A stretch of 64,000 bases of DNA from Takakia lepidozioides (lineage: Eukaryota > Plantae > Bryophyta). The DNA lies in the NCBI GenBank assembly GCA_030704615.1, contig CM060733.1, forward strand, positions 14,384,001 through 14,448,000, given 5' to 3'. Below, piece by piece: positions 52,091-64,000 of the stretch. Each line of letters begins with the position of its first letter. Within the stretch, counting starts at the first letter, position 1. The translations under genes and the position numbers were made by a program. The notes beneath the pieces are model-generated. The model was not told the DNA's origin, did not search any database, and saw only the letters and a list, made by a program, of their open reading frames with translations.

Positions 52091-54434
52091 ATGGAGCCCA
52101 ATATTTTCGATGAACTAGAAAGGGAAGTTGTTCTTGACATGAATGTTGATAATGAGAGAGCTTTGGTGGAGTGCCATGTTGCGGAGGATGCTCATCATGA
52201 AGCCTCATTTACATCAGCTCATCAAGCCTCGGCTGCAATGTCATCTTCCACAGTTTCGCCATCACACACGGTGTTGGATGTGGAGGCGCAGCTCCCAGTA
52301 CTTGACAAACAACGGGATTTTTGGAAGCCCCACAATCGCACTGCTTCGACATGGGCATTCTATGCAACAAAAGACTCTGCTCCAGTGGACATAACAAATC
52401 CACAACAAATGAGGTGTGTTCTATGTCATCCTGTTGGTGTCACTCCTGAAAGCAAGAAGGGCATTGTGACCTATAATAAAACCAATGGTATCTCTGCCCT
52501 TCGAAAGCATGTGGATCAAGAACATGACATTGTTTTGCGTAGGTGGATTGAGAGGGAAAATCTTGGACCTGAGAAGGCCCGTAGGCCAGCCAAAAAGAGG
52601 CCCGGCCCCACTCCTAGAAACATAGCTTCTTTTTTTAGGAGCTCCACTCCATACAACCAAAATAATGATCAACAGAAGCAGTTCAATGAGGATTTAGTCT
52701 TATTCATTGCAAAGGAGTTGGTTCCACTGTCTTTGGTAGAATCCCCTTGGCTAAGAAGGATGGTGTTGAGGCAAAATCCTCGGATTGTTTTCCCTTCTCG
52801 ACGGACATTTGTGAATGAGGCCATTCCAATCTTGGCAGAGAAGACGAAAGAGCGCTACATGTCCCCATCTCTTCAAAGTTGTGCTACTTGCTCCGTGAGT
52901 TTTGATTTGTGGATGTCAAGAGGGGGAACTGACACTTTTGTCATCATAGCGCACTTTATTAATGAACAGTGGGAGCAATGTCATGTGACTCTTGGCATGT
53001 TTGAGACACCTGACACATCTGGGGCTGCCATGGCACATCAAGTCAACAATCTTCTTGTGAAGTATGGCCTCAATACTCGCATTATTGCTTACGTCAAAGA
53101 TGATGCAGGTAACTTGGCCACTCAATGCTTTGAATTCGGTGGTCTCATGTGCGTGTTTGGGGTTGGATTCTCCATTTGTGGGTAGCTGTTTTGGGCATGC
53201 AATGTCCAAGTGTTGCCAGTATGCAACAAATGATGCAAAAGTATGCGCAGATATGAGATCGGTTTCTATAAAAAATGCCCAATCAGAGTTGCAAAAAACC
53301 ATTACTTGGACCAAAAAAAGTGGCAAAGGGAGACAAGAATGGGCAAAGGCATGTGTGGACAGCGGCATTCATCCCCGCAAACTGAAGACTCCTGTGAAGA
53401 CACGGTTTGCTTCCAAGGTGATCATCTTCCAAGAGACTTTGGAGTTTAGGCAAGCCATAATCACTTGTTACTCTAGGCAAACCTCATTGGCACTGCAATC
53501 TCGCATACCAAGTCCACAAGTGTGGGCCATTGCCCAATCAATTTCTACAGTTCTAGGGCCTGTGGTTCATGAGTGCATTATGAATCAATCTGGGGGATTT
53601 TGGTTGTTGTCCGATGCTCTTAATGCAGCCATTGCCACAACAATTCGCATGCGAGGAAGTAGTGTTGGGGGGGCTGCAACTGTGGATCATTGTATGGGGG
53701 ATTTCTCAACAGAGTTGACATTGTTGGAATGGCGGATGGCTCGAGAGGTGGTATATGTCTTGGAACCATTTCTTTCGTTTTTGGAAGGGTTTCAATCGCG
53801 CAAAGCTCACAATATGCTCGCGCTTATGCTTGACCCATGTTACAAGGGGTTGTCATTGGTATCACAATATGTGGGCAAAGAGCGTGCTTTGCATATTGTG
53901 TCCCAATATGATAGTATGGTGTTAGAGCCTCTTTTGGTAAAGTGTTTCAAGGTCTTACATCCGGATACTTCGGCCCAATCACAGCCCACTGCCACAATGG
54001 ACGAGATGTCTTTATTTGGTGTGCATGACCACAATGAAGACATGACATTGACAGTGGTGAGAGAACAACTATCACATTTCAGAAGGACGAAGATAAATGA
54101 AGGTGAGTACATGGCTCCTTTGAAATGGTGGAAAGAACACGAGTCTCTCTTTCCATATGTGGGATTTTTGGCACGGCTAATTTTGGGCATAGTTGGATCT
54201 CAGATTGAAGCTGAGAGGGTTTTTAGTATTGCAGGTGTCATAACAAACTTGAGACGGTGCAGGTTAAATATTGAAAACCTTGATATGCTTGTGAGTGTAG
54301 TCAAGAATTGGCCAAATGATGCTAGAGTTGGTTGCTTTAGTACTTCCATGAAAGAGTTTTTGGATAGGGAAGAAGTAATCTTAGATGAGAATGAGGACTT
54401 GATTGCAGAGGCAAACCTCTTTGAGGTAGACTGA
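52091..54434 (+). pseudogene. hAT transposase with BED zinc finger; frameshift near 53120
   Basis: BED finger (W..Y...CVLC...LRKHVDQEH), catalytic SFDLW, YVKDD, CxxH (SCFGH), KTRF, and dimerisation domain PLKWWK...SQIEAERVFS. The two ORFs overlap at 53064-53185. Confidence 0.93.
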
Positions 54435-56954
54435 TTTGTCTTAGAGACAAATAATTGTTCAACATATTACACTATACTCCTTTGATTGGAGTTTGTTTAT
54501 TTGTCATTTTTATTGAAAATTTCAGTGACATCCCGTGTACTTAGTTTGTTGTATGCTATATTGACAAAGCATCATCCATAAAACACAAATTTATGTAGTT
54601 TTTTTTAGTTGTGCTTTTGCTGCACCATAAAAGGTAACCATAGAATTACACATGTTTAATTTGTTTTGTATTTTGAATTAAGATCCTTATGTAGTTAGTC
54701 TGTTTTAGTTGTTCTTTGCTACACCGTACAACAACTTATAAAATCTCTGGTTTTCCGTTTTTAATGGAGACCATGCGTATATAACTAGTTATATATACCA
54801 TAAAAGACAATCACAAAAAACATATAAGTTTATTTACTTCTGTTTTACTAATAAATTCCCTGGTTTTAGTTGAAAATTCTCAGTATGACCAATCAGATTA
54901 GTTCATCTAATTTTCTAGAAGAATAAAAAATTAAAAGAATTTAATATATTTTTTAAAAAGAACCGGAACCTAACCGGGACCGGCGTTTTTTTTCCAGCAA
55001 CTAACCGGTAACCGGAACCGCCCCCATGTTAAAAAGTCAGAACCTGAACCGGAACGGAACCGCCTTAATAAAAAATAACCGGATCCGGATCCGGAACCGT
55101 CTCTTCAAAAATTTGTGGAACCGGAACAGAAGGTTCCTTCACAAAGGCAAGAACCGCCCAACACTGGTTATTACCCGCGAACTTACTTTCCTGTCTTGTG
55201 AGAGTCCGATTCCGTGTTTCTCGTGTCTTGTGAGAGCCTACAGTGTTTTTCTTAAGAATTTTGGAAAACAGCACGAGTGGCTACAGAGTTTTGCAGAAGA
55301 TAGCGGTACATTCTGTTCATCCACTGAAATTCATCCACATCTGTACCATAATCCATATATATCATCCATACTCGGCGAATTCATCCGTAATTTATTTTTA
55401 TTTGGAGAAATTGGGCGATTTCATTCATGAAAAAACAGTGGATCCGCGACAGAATATTCGATTTTATCTTTTTAGGACGAAATCTGGCGGGCCCGCGTTG
55501 TCGGAATCTCTTATCCTCTGACCTTGACCTGGATGGATGCGGTGGATGGATGGAGGGCCCATGGGATGGATGAGTTGGGAAGCAAAGATTACGATAGAGT
55601 GACGCTATGTAGAACAACAAACTGGCAGCCAAAGCTACCTTCTAAGACCCAATCCCTGTTCGCCACGTCCACTTGAGCCTTTGGATGAGCTAGCAGGAGG
55701 GCTCCAGTTGTGACGCCAGGGTTGGTGAAACCCCGTGTCGTATTGGAGTCATGACACCAATGGGAGGGGTTGACGCGTATTGATGGGGTGGGCACGTTGT
55801 TGATTGATACTGGGGCAAGGTCGCGGGTGGGCCATGCTCTCGTGCTCTCAGAGGCATTCGAGAAAAGTGTTTGTTGCGACAGCAAGTTGCAAGAGTGTGC
55901 TGTGAGAAGGAAAAATGTGGACAAGGAGCTTCACTTTGTGCTGTCGAGAGGCATTCAAGAGAGTTTCTTGCAGATTATTGAGAGGAGGCACCAGGCGCAT
56001 ACGACGTGGGAGCGTCAGCCTTGATGATTCCCTGATTGACAGGAGATAAGACAGAATCTGAGAGAAATAGGTTGTCCCCTGGACCCTCGCCTCAACTACG
56101 TGCGGCATTAAATTTAGCATCTGACACCTTCAAGCTGGTGAAATCTAAAGCGTGAAGAAAGGAAGCTGCAGCCCTTTAAGTTATAAGCTAGGTACCTACA
56201 GCGGCCAGCCCTAATTTACACTCCCTCAAAGAATCTGAGTTTGAGCAGAGCTAATTAGACCTACCGAACAATGCACATTGTCAATGACATTGAGGTCAAT
56301 TTCTAGAATTAAGGAAGCTATTTGAATGAATGCAAGAACAAAGAAGGGTGCTAAAATGTTCACGAGGATTCCATGGTACCTACGTTACACGTACCTCCAT
56401 AGTACCGTACATGTTAAGTACTTTCTCTTTCTGAGACTTTCTCCCTCGGAGTCAATCGTCTCTAATGGGATTCCGGAATTGTTGGTCAATGCGCCAGCGA
56501 TCGGATTCACGTGGGCGCACTTTCTGATTCTGAGTCCCGCAAAGATCCCGCAGTTGAGTGCGGTGTTTCATAACTTATTCATGCCCAATAACTCCAGGAA
56601 ACCTACACCTGATACCCCGCTCTCGGGAGCGACAGAGTGATAGGAGCGAGGGCTCTCCGCCTAAATATACACCCTTGCGCCAGTTCCTTCTGGAAAGTTC
56701 TGGACTCTGGACTCTGGAAGGAGGGCCCCACTGCCTCACATGTCCTATGTCTTCTCTGCTCTCCTCTACACATGCCCTCACATATCGCCCCTGGCCTCCT
56801 TCCCCTTGGCCAAAATTTGGGACCCTTATTTTAGTATGGAATGGAATCGTATAGCTAAGAGTACTAAAAGTGGAGGGAGAATGTTCTTGCCGCGTTCTAT
56901 TCAAAGCTGCGAATTTGAAGTGATTGTCCGAGAGGTCCTTATTACTAGTCCCTA

Positions 56955-57448
56955 GGCCCTACCCCTACTACTTGGGTGAACAGTGCACTGAGTGCAGAGT
57001 CAGGATAGGGAGGCCCCTCCCACTTGGGGTGTACCTACAGTGCAGAGTCAGGGTCCCTGACTCTTGGCCGGGAATATGAAGGGGCCCGGGAGCTCACTTC
57101 TTGGTGTGCAGTGAGTGCAGAGTCACTACATAGATAAGGTCCCCAGCTTTTGGTCTAAAGTCGAAACTGAGGGCAGCGTCACACTTTATGTAAAGTCCTA
57201 CCTATGTGATCTGAACCTGAGTGCAAGTGTCAACTGTGTGTATAAGGTCCCACATCTTGATCTTAACTGAGTGCAAGTGTCACTCTGAACTCAGTCCAAG
57301 GTCCTACCTCCGTATACCGTAGATCTGAACTGTGAGTGCAGCTCTAGTCACGATTAAAAGGTGCCCCACCGCTTGGTCTGAACTGAGGGCAAGTGTCACT
57401 TAGTCCCTAACTCTGTAGAGTCGGAGAGGTCGGTGAACTAAGTGCAGA
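56955..57448. repeat. Degenerate ~50-bp minisatellite (~9-10 units)
   Basis: Recurrent AAGGTCCC...CTTGGTCTGAACTGAGTGCAAGTGTCAC-like units with variable spacing. Confidence 0.75.
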
Positions 57449-58704
57449 AAAGATGCCTTGGAACCTGATTCCTACACTGCATAGCGGGGCAGTTTTTGTT
57501 TGAGAGATCCTAGTTTTGCTTTAGCATTCTTGAACTCCTCTGAGCAGTTCTGCTACTCCTTCCCTTCTTTCCGAGACTCTTCCGAAAGCCACAATTCACA
57601 TGTAGACACTACACACTACAAGTCTCTGGTTAACTTTTAACTGCAGTAAGCGTAACCCAAACGATCTGTGATCTATGCAGCAACAATAAATCGGGAAATT
57701 CATTTACAACACAATGGCAGTGCCAGACGGATTTTTTATAGAAATTTCGCAAGTAAATGCGTCCACTTATTTTGAGTGGATCCGGCCTGCCCTGAAACTA
57801 ACCCTGGTTAGACAAGCAAGGGCGGATTTGTGGGTTCAACAACTGTGATCTGATAATGTTCAAGGATGGCGGATTTTCGCTGTTGGATGATGTGATGAAT
57901 ACTTGAGAAGTAATCGTGCAAAGGAGACGAGTCATTTTTATATCATATCTAAAAATCGATGCGACCTCATCTCCAGAGCGTGGATGATGCAATGTAAGCT
58001 TTTGATCTCGAAACAAAACTCGAAAACCTTGAACAGAGCTTAGGCTACTGTTCCAGAAGGAAATCACCTAGGTATCGGAATCCTGAATGATTGTAGAATG
58101 CTGTCAAACTCTAATTGCATACGATCACCAGCAGATGGTACTTACAGTAAACTCTCGATTCTCACACAGTTCTTGCCGAAATGAGCGATAGATCCACAAC
58201 TTCTGCTGATTCCGGACAGGCCAAAGAGATTCTTGTAACATTGTGCACTAGAAAAGTCTTACAACTTAGATTCATTCCAACCGCCTCCTTATTCTTGGAG
58301 TCTCGGTGATTTCTGGCAGATTGAATCAATATAATAGGAGCTCTTCAAACATCCTCCAACAAAACCATAAATCCAGCAATTTTCATCTGAACTTACAACA
58401 GAATCCATGAAAGGTCTAGCTGGTACCGACACATTGCTTTCCCCAAACGCCTCCCTATTAAAGCTTCCCTCTGTTCGCCGCATTAAATTCTCAGAGGGTC
58501 ACCCCTAACCCACTAAACAGAATCATGCGGGCACCTGCTCCATCCTCCTTTTCTCAACAGTACCCCTTCCCCGTGCAGTTCTCATTAATTTGCTAAAAGG
58601 ATAGATGGCTGAAAATTTGGATCTTCATTGAACTTGAAACACCGTGCACACCTTCCTTGAAACACTGCATACCTTCCTGATGTATCGCTGGGACACTCAT
58701 TGGC

Positions 58705-61700
58705 TTAGCCCATTGTGTATGTCGCCGAAGGAAAGTTCATCACGGTACTTTTGGTTTTGCACATCATGTTGATGCTGTTGGTGATGCCCTGTGACCCAAC
58801 GCCACTGTCTCGCAAGCCCTGGCCACAAAATTACATATATATTGCATGGGCCCAGTCAGAACTCACAAGAGAGAAAGAAACCACGATTTAAGGAAACAAG
58901 AAAGGAGGAACACTGTGTGTCAACAAACAAACAAACATCTAGATAATTACAAGTTAAAGATCATTGAAAGAAGAAATGAAATGAAATGAAATGGTGCTTT
59001 ATAACGTCCGCGGAAAGCTCATTGAAAGAAAGAATTTGTCGTCTCCGCTGGCACCAAGGATTTTTCGACCGTGGCGAGCAATTTGTGTGGGTGAGGGAGA
59101 GAGATCTGGAGGAGGGAAGAAAGCGAGAGATTATTATGTGACCTCCCATGAGAGAGAGGTCGAGGGATGCGGGGTGGGGCAAGAATACATCGGCATTCTG
59201 AAAGATGAACACACTTTAGAACTCATGAAGTTCAACCATCTTTGCCAGAATGATATGGTGTAAGAATGAAACCTGGAAGGGGAAGTGGTCAGGTCCGCGA
59301 CCAGGAGCAGAGTTGATCTGGATAGTTCCAGATTCCATGGCATCGCTTACCATCATGGCCTTGTCAAAACTTTTTGTGAACACACAGCCCTGCATCATCA
59401 ATACGATTCAATCCTCCAAGTCAAACCCGGTGTGCAGCTTCTAATGTGCACGAGAGAGTAGAATATTCAGCATCCCGAGGATGTCTACAACACTGTGCAC
59501 ATACATAATATGAACATAATTGGGAAAAAATTGCACAACTAAATTTTTCCAACGTCTCTCAACATCTTTCTCGAAGTAATGCATGGTCTACTGGTCAATT
59601 GTATCTAGATCTAGAATGAAGAGAATCCCTGCTAAAAGTACAGGCATTTATCTAAGTCGCAAAGGGATCAGACGACACATCACTTAGCTATGTACCTGTA
59701 CATAGCCTCACCTTAGCACTTTAGGCCACAAGAGACCATGACGTGATATATATGCAAGTGCACGATGTTGGTATTAAAGAAGCGACGCAGTACCTGGAGA
59801 GCGAAGTTGTTAGCATTGCAGTGGTGGATGCCTTCCTCCACAGTCTTGATGCGAATGACAGGCAGAATTGGCCCGAATGGCTCTTCCCAAGCAATCCGCA
59901 TATCGGGTCGAACATGGTCGATGAGAATTGGCCATATAAGGTTCCCCTCTCTCCTCCATTCCTAATGAGTCAAAATTTTGCACATCACTAGATAAGACAC
60001 TTCGGCTGAAATAGGTACACTTAAGCACCAAGTCAACTATAAGATCGATCAAATCTACATCATACTTTTTCTCTATCTAGATCAGTCTAGATCATTAATT
60101 TACAATTAAAAACTTCGATCCAATTGCGCACCTGGTGGAACCTAGCACCCTTGTGCCTCGCGTCTTGTACAAGGCCTTCAATGAAATTGGCTGAAGTCTC
60201 GCTGATCACAGGAGTGATGTCGCAGTCATCCTCAGGCATGCCTACAGTGAGCTTACCAAGCTTGGAATTTACCTTGCACACTAGCGCATCCGCAATGCTC
60301 TCCATTGCTAATACCACCTTAACAGCTGTGCACCGTTGTCCACTGCAACCAACCATGCAGAGAGTGGGAGGTTGATTCTTGAAAGCAATCAGCTAGCTAC
60401 TCTTTTACTGGATGTACTTGTACTCAAAATTGTATGGACTACTCAAACTTAAAAATAGTACATAGCTCGGTACACAGTTAAGTTATCGGATCATAAATCC
60501 TAGGACATTGAACAGCAGAAGAAGAACTTTACCTCACATAATTTACACGGATGATCCCCAATTGATACATACGTTGAAAACTTGCAAGAAAAATGACTGT
60601 GACTCGTGACAGACACTTCACGCACCTGTAAGAATATCCACCCTTGATGATATTGGTAGCAGCAAGCTCAAGATCAGCATCTTCAAGCACGATGCACGCA
60701 TCCTTGCCTCCCAGCTCCATTTGCAGCGGTATCATGCCTGCCTTCTTGGATATTGCTATCCCTGTGTCACAACCCCCTGTAAAACTGTTTGACACTCATG
60801 ACGAGGTCGTCAGTAATCTGTATGTAGAATGTTCAATACCATCACATCACAAACAAGTTCCAAGTCCTGAATTCATGGAAATGGTGTAGGGGCCATCAGA
60901 CAGAAAAGGGAATAAAATCAGATTCTGGATCAACATTTGGAACTGTAACCACGCATCATACCTTATACAATTTATTCCAGGATGCATGGTGAGAAAATCT
61001 CCAATATCAGCACCCTTGCCCGTCACTGCAGCGATCAAACCCTTTGGGAATCCTGCAAGATGAAAGGTATGGACCATATGCAAGCATGCCACTGCCCCCT
61101 GCAGACAGTCAACAGTGAGATTCGTGCGTGCACGCATCCTTAGGAAAAATACGTATGTATCGAATAAATTGTTCAATGTCCCTCAGGCGTACATGGATTG
61201 AAAGATGTCCAGATGGGTCTGAAGACTAGTTCAAAGTCTATACTTGAAAGGCTTTTTTTTTCTTTTTTTAATTTGACTGTAGATCGACCTCGCTTCCATC
61301 ATCTGCGCGACTGAGCATATTATGTCGATTTCACTGATCATGCAGCTTATCCACAGACAAGGCCCGAAGAGCACAAATAAAATAGCTATAGGGCTCCCAT
61401 GTAACGAAATGAACTCGGAAGTGAATCCTTAACATTTGAAAAGCTTCTAGAATGATGAACACAAATTAGCAAACGGTCATCCAGACTAAACTTGTGATAG
61501 TACCTGGGTGGGAGGCTTCAGAACAACAGCGTTTCCTGCAATGAGGGCAGGCCCCATCTTGGAGACAGCTAGATTGACAGGGTAGTTGAATGGAGGAATC
61601 GCAAGAACCACTCCTAGGGGAATCTGGATGTTCACAAGAGACACAAATCTTGCACATTTAATTTTAAATTAATTAAAAGATCGAAAGATATCTAGCAATC

Positions 61701-63321
61701 TTGCTCTCTCTCCTGAATCCTCGCTACAAGGAGAATTAAAAAAGAGTCGAGATGCCTCGTGCGTCGTTTGAACTAGGAGAGAAAGAAGAAGTTGCATATG
61801 TAACTAGTCCTGAATTTCAAGCAAAGGCTTTGGTACTACCTTGGACGAAAGACAATATTTGTTTCTGTCATTTCCTGGAAATGGGTCGGAAACCAAGAAC
61901 TTCCCCTCTGCCAGAATCCTGATCCCTTCCTCTGCTGTGTAGGCTATAAGATCACCAGAACGCACAACCTAGCACAGGCATAGCATGTATCGAAAGTGTT
62001 AGGAGACCATGCAACTCAATTGCACATGAAGCAGCCTATCGTCCTACTAAGGAAATTCAATTTCAAGATATAGATTTCTCGTGAACATTGACCTCAAGTC
62101 TAGGCGAGGTATCCCAGGATCCACGACAAGTTCATACATGTGGCTCAGACAAAGATGACACCGGCCGAAGTGAGAGGCTCTTTCCCCTAACTGCTAGTTC
62201 CCTCTTTCGGGGGGACTCAAGCATGTGCACCTTTTCAAGACAAGTCTTGCTGGACGTGAATTCGACACAATAGGTCTCTACATGAAAACCTGGGTTATGT
62301 ATTGAAGGGGCTCCTGTGTGGAAGAATGTAATCTAGGGAACACCCAATCCGAATGCCATGCACACGCTACACCAGCATCATCCATTCATGAACATCTCAC
62401 CTCCACTACTGCGTCTTTTAGAGCCTTCGCAACTTCTTTGACGAGACAATCTGCGATTGGCGCCTTTTGCTCTTTCATGATTACAGCTGCCCTGTGAAGT
62501 GCTTCTGCTCTTTTCCAGAGAGGGGTTTTGGCCCAAACTTTCTGTGCAGCTTTTGCACTGTCTATACACCTGTTCACCTCCTCCTGAGTGCAGGCTGCGG
62601 AAACACAAGTGCATAGTCAGGTTACTAACAAGGTGACCCGAATTAATCGTAAACGGCTGAAAAACTTGTGATAAATTATAAATAACGGAGCCTTTCTAGA
62701 TACCAGGTGCGAGTGCCGAGCTCTACTAGCTAGCCTGAGTCCTAACAGTTTCAAGATGTGAAGATAAGAGGACAGGACCCATCACACATCCAGTTGCCTC
62801 CGGGCAGCTACAAGCAGCTTCATACTTAGATCTCGGCGAAATGTAGTTATGATCAGGGGACTCCTTATGCACGTGCATACACTGATGCCCCCATGCAGCT
62901 TCCAAGTTGCAGGACGTACTCCTCCCAGTCGAAGTACGTCACGTTGATATATAGGTCTACAGGATTTCTTACACTGTACATAAACTCCTCACTTCGACTG
63001 ATTCTAACTTCAATGCTTGTCTCGGACACGATCATGAATCAGAGCCATACTAGCTCTAGATTGCTTCGGAGCTCCAGTTTTGCATACGTGATAGCTTAAA
63101 ATGTTGCAGATAAGAACATCGAAGACTTACCTGTCACATCCATATTGTACGCAGAATGTTGATGTTAACATGTTACCTTGCACTTTGAAGAGGGGCTTGC
63201 GAGTCGCGGGGTTGGAAATGCTGACAGATTGTCCTGAGCAGGACCTCTTCCACTCCCCGTCCACATAGTACTTGAAGACATCTCCGTCCAATATTTCTTT
63301 GAAGATGCCCTTCCCGGCCAT
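58705..63321 (-). CDS. GAPN: NADP-dependent non-phosphorylating glyceraldehyde-3-phosphate dehydrogenase (ALDH11); about 10 exons
   Basis: [55 protein letters not shown], catalytic [25 protein letters not shown], ...TYTMG* (stop 58705-58707). GT-AG introns. Confidence 0.97.
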
Positions 63322-64000
63322 GGTGCTGGGGCCAAAGGCCCCACAACAACTACACCCCTGGTTCCTATTTTGACTCGTCGTTTTCGCCTGCTTTTAAAAT
63401 GAAGGCTAAGCCTCAAATATATAGAAGGAAAAACTAAAACACAGCTTCGTACCAAGAGGGGCGAGCTGATCTCGTGTTGTGCTAAATTGAGAACTGAAAT
63501 GAGCTGGAATCGAACTGATTTTTTTCCAAATCCTCAAGACTAGGTACAATCGGACAACTTGCACAAGGAAACATGCAGAGCTTGAAAACTACATGTTTGG
63601 ATGCCAAGAGGCGATGCCTTAACAACCAACTTTCTAACCATTGACCCATCCGACAAATCCCCATATTTCCTCATCAAATGAAACCCACAATGAGAGAAAT
63701 GCTTTTAAGCCAAGCAACTCGAAATCTACACAAACATGCGGAGAAAACTTGACGAAATGCTCGACACAATCGGCCCTAACGTGCCTTCCCGACCGTGGTT
63801 CCAAGGAAGGAAGAGGGGGTGCAAAAGCACAAAGACATGAAGAGGCAGATTTGAAAAGCTGGAAAGAGAAGGCCAAGCGGTAGGAAAACATGAAGAGGCA
63901 CATTTGAAGAGGCAGCAGCAAATCAAGAGGCATGTCTGAAAAGGCAGCAGGAAACCGTGATCGATGAATGCAGGACAAAGAATAAACGAATAGTGGAGAT

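Larger units (their letters stand above)
47733..55166 (+). mobile_element. Full-length hAT transposon (7434 bp) with cargo
   Basis: Perfect 15-bp TIRs CAGTGTTGGGCGGTT / AACCGCCCAACACTG; perfect 8-bp TSD GTTATTAC (47725-47732, 55167-55174); arrays of GAACCG/CCGGTT at both ends; internal transposase. Confidence 0.97.

Noticed and set aside
55499-56126. Possible solo LTR (TGTCGGA...TCTGACA)
   Set aside because: The flanks do not form a TSD.
56955-57448. CRISPR-like repeat-spacer appearance
   Set aside because: Eukaryotic context, repeats are degenerate, linkers are related to each other, and there are no cas genes.
183-63978. Most short ORFs in the supplied track
   Set aside because: They are antisense or alternate frames of exons, intron read-through or TE sequence, with no recognisable motifs.

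Overview
Eukaryotic nuclear DNA from a gene-dense, short-intron land plant; the style fits a non-seed plant such as a bryophyte or lycophyte, but the taxon is an inference. Spliced host genes: the 3' part of separase (ESP1, +), a small uncharacterised membrane-anchored protein (-), a class III peroxidase (-), a SIS-domain HxlB/PHI-like sugar isomerase (-), BLISTER (+), a CLC Cl-/H+ antiporter (-) and NADP-dependent non-phosphorylating GAPDH (GAPN/ALDH11, -). The intergenic space is a nested mosaic of transposons, several with exactly readable ends. The largest is a 7.4-kb hAT element (47733-55166; 15-bp TIRs, 8-bp TSD, frameshifted transposase) that carries an ETF-QO gene fragment and a truncated RTE/RTEX-like LINE. 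Smaller elements are four hAT-type MITEs, a Mutator MITE, a pogo deletion derivative, a foldback element and a probable solo LTR. Two clusters of host-gene fragments are present (RPS2+NAF1; PPR+5-FCL). The most interesting signals are gene capture by TIR elements and a LINE group tied to TC-rich targets and (CT)n microsatellites. No tRNA, rRNA or CRISPR genes are supported. All family assignments come from motif recognition without database searches.
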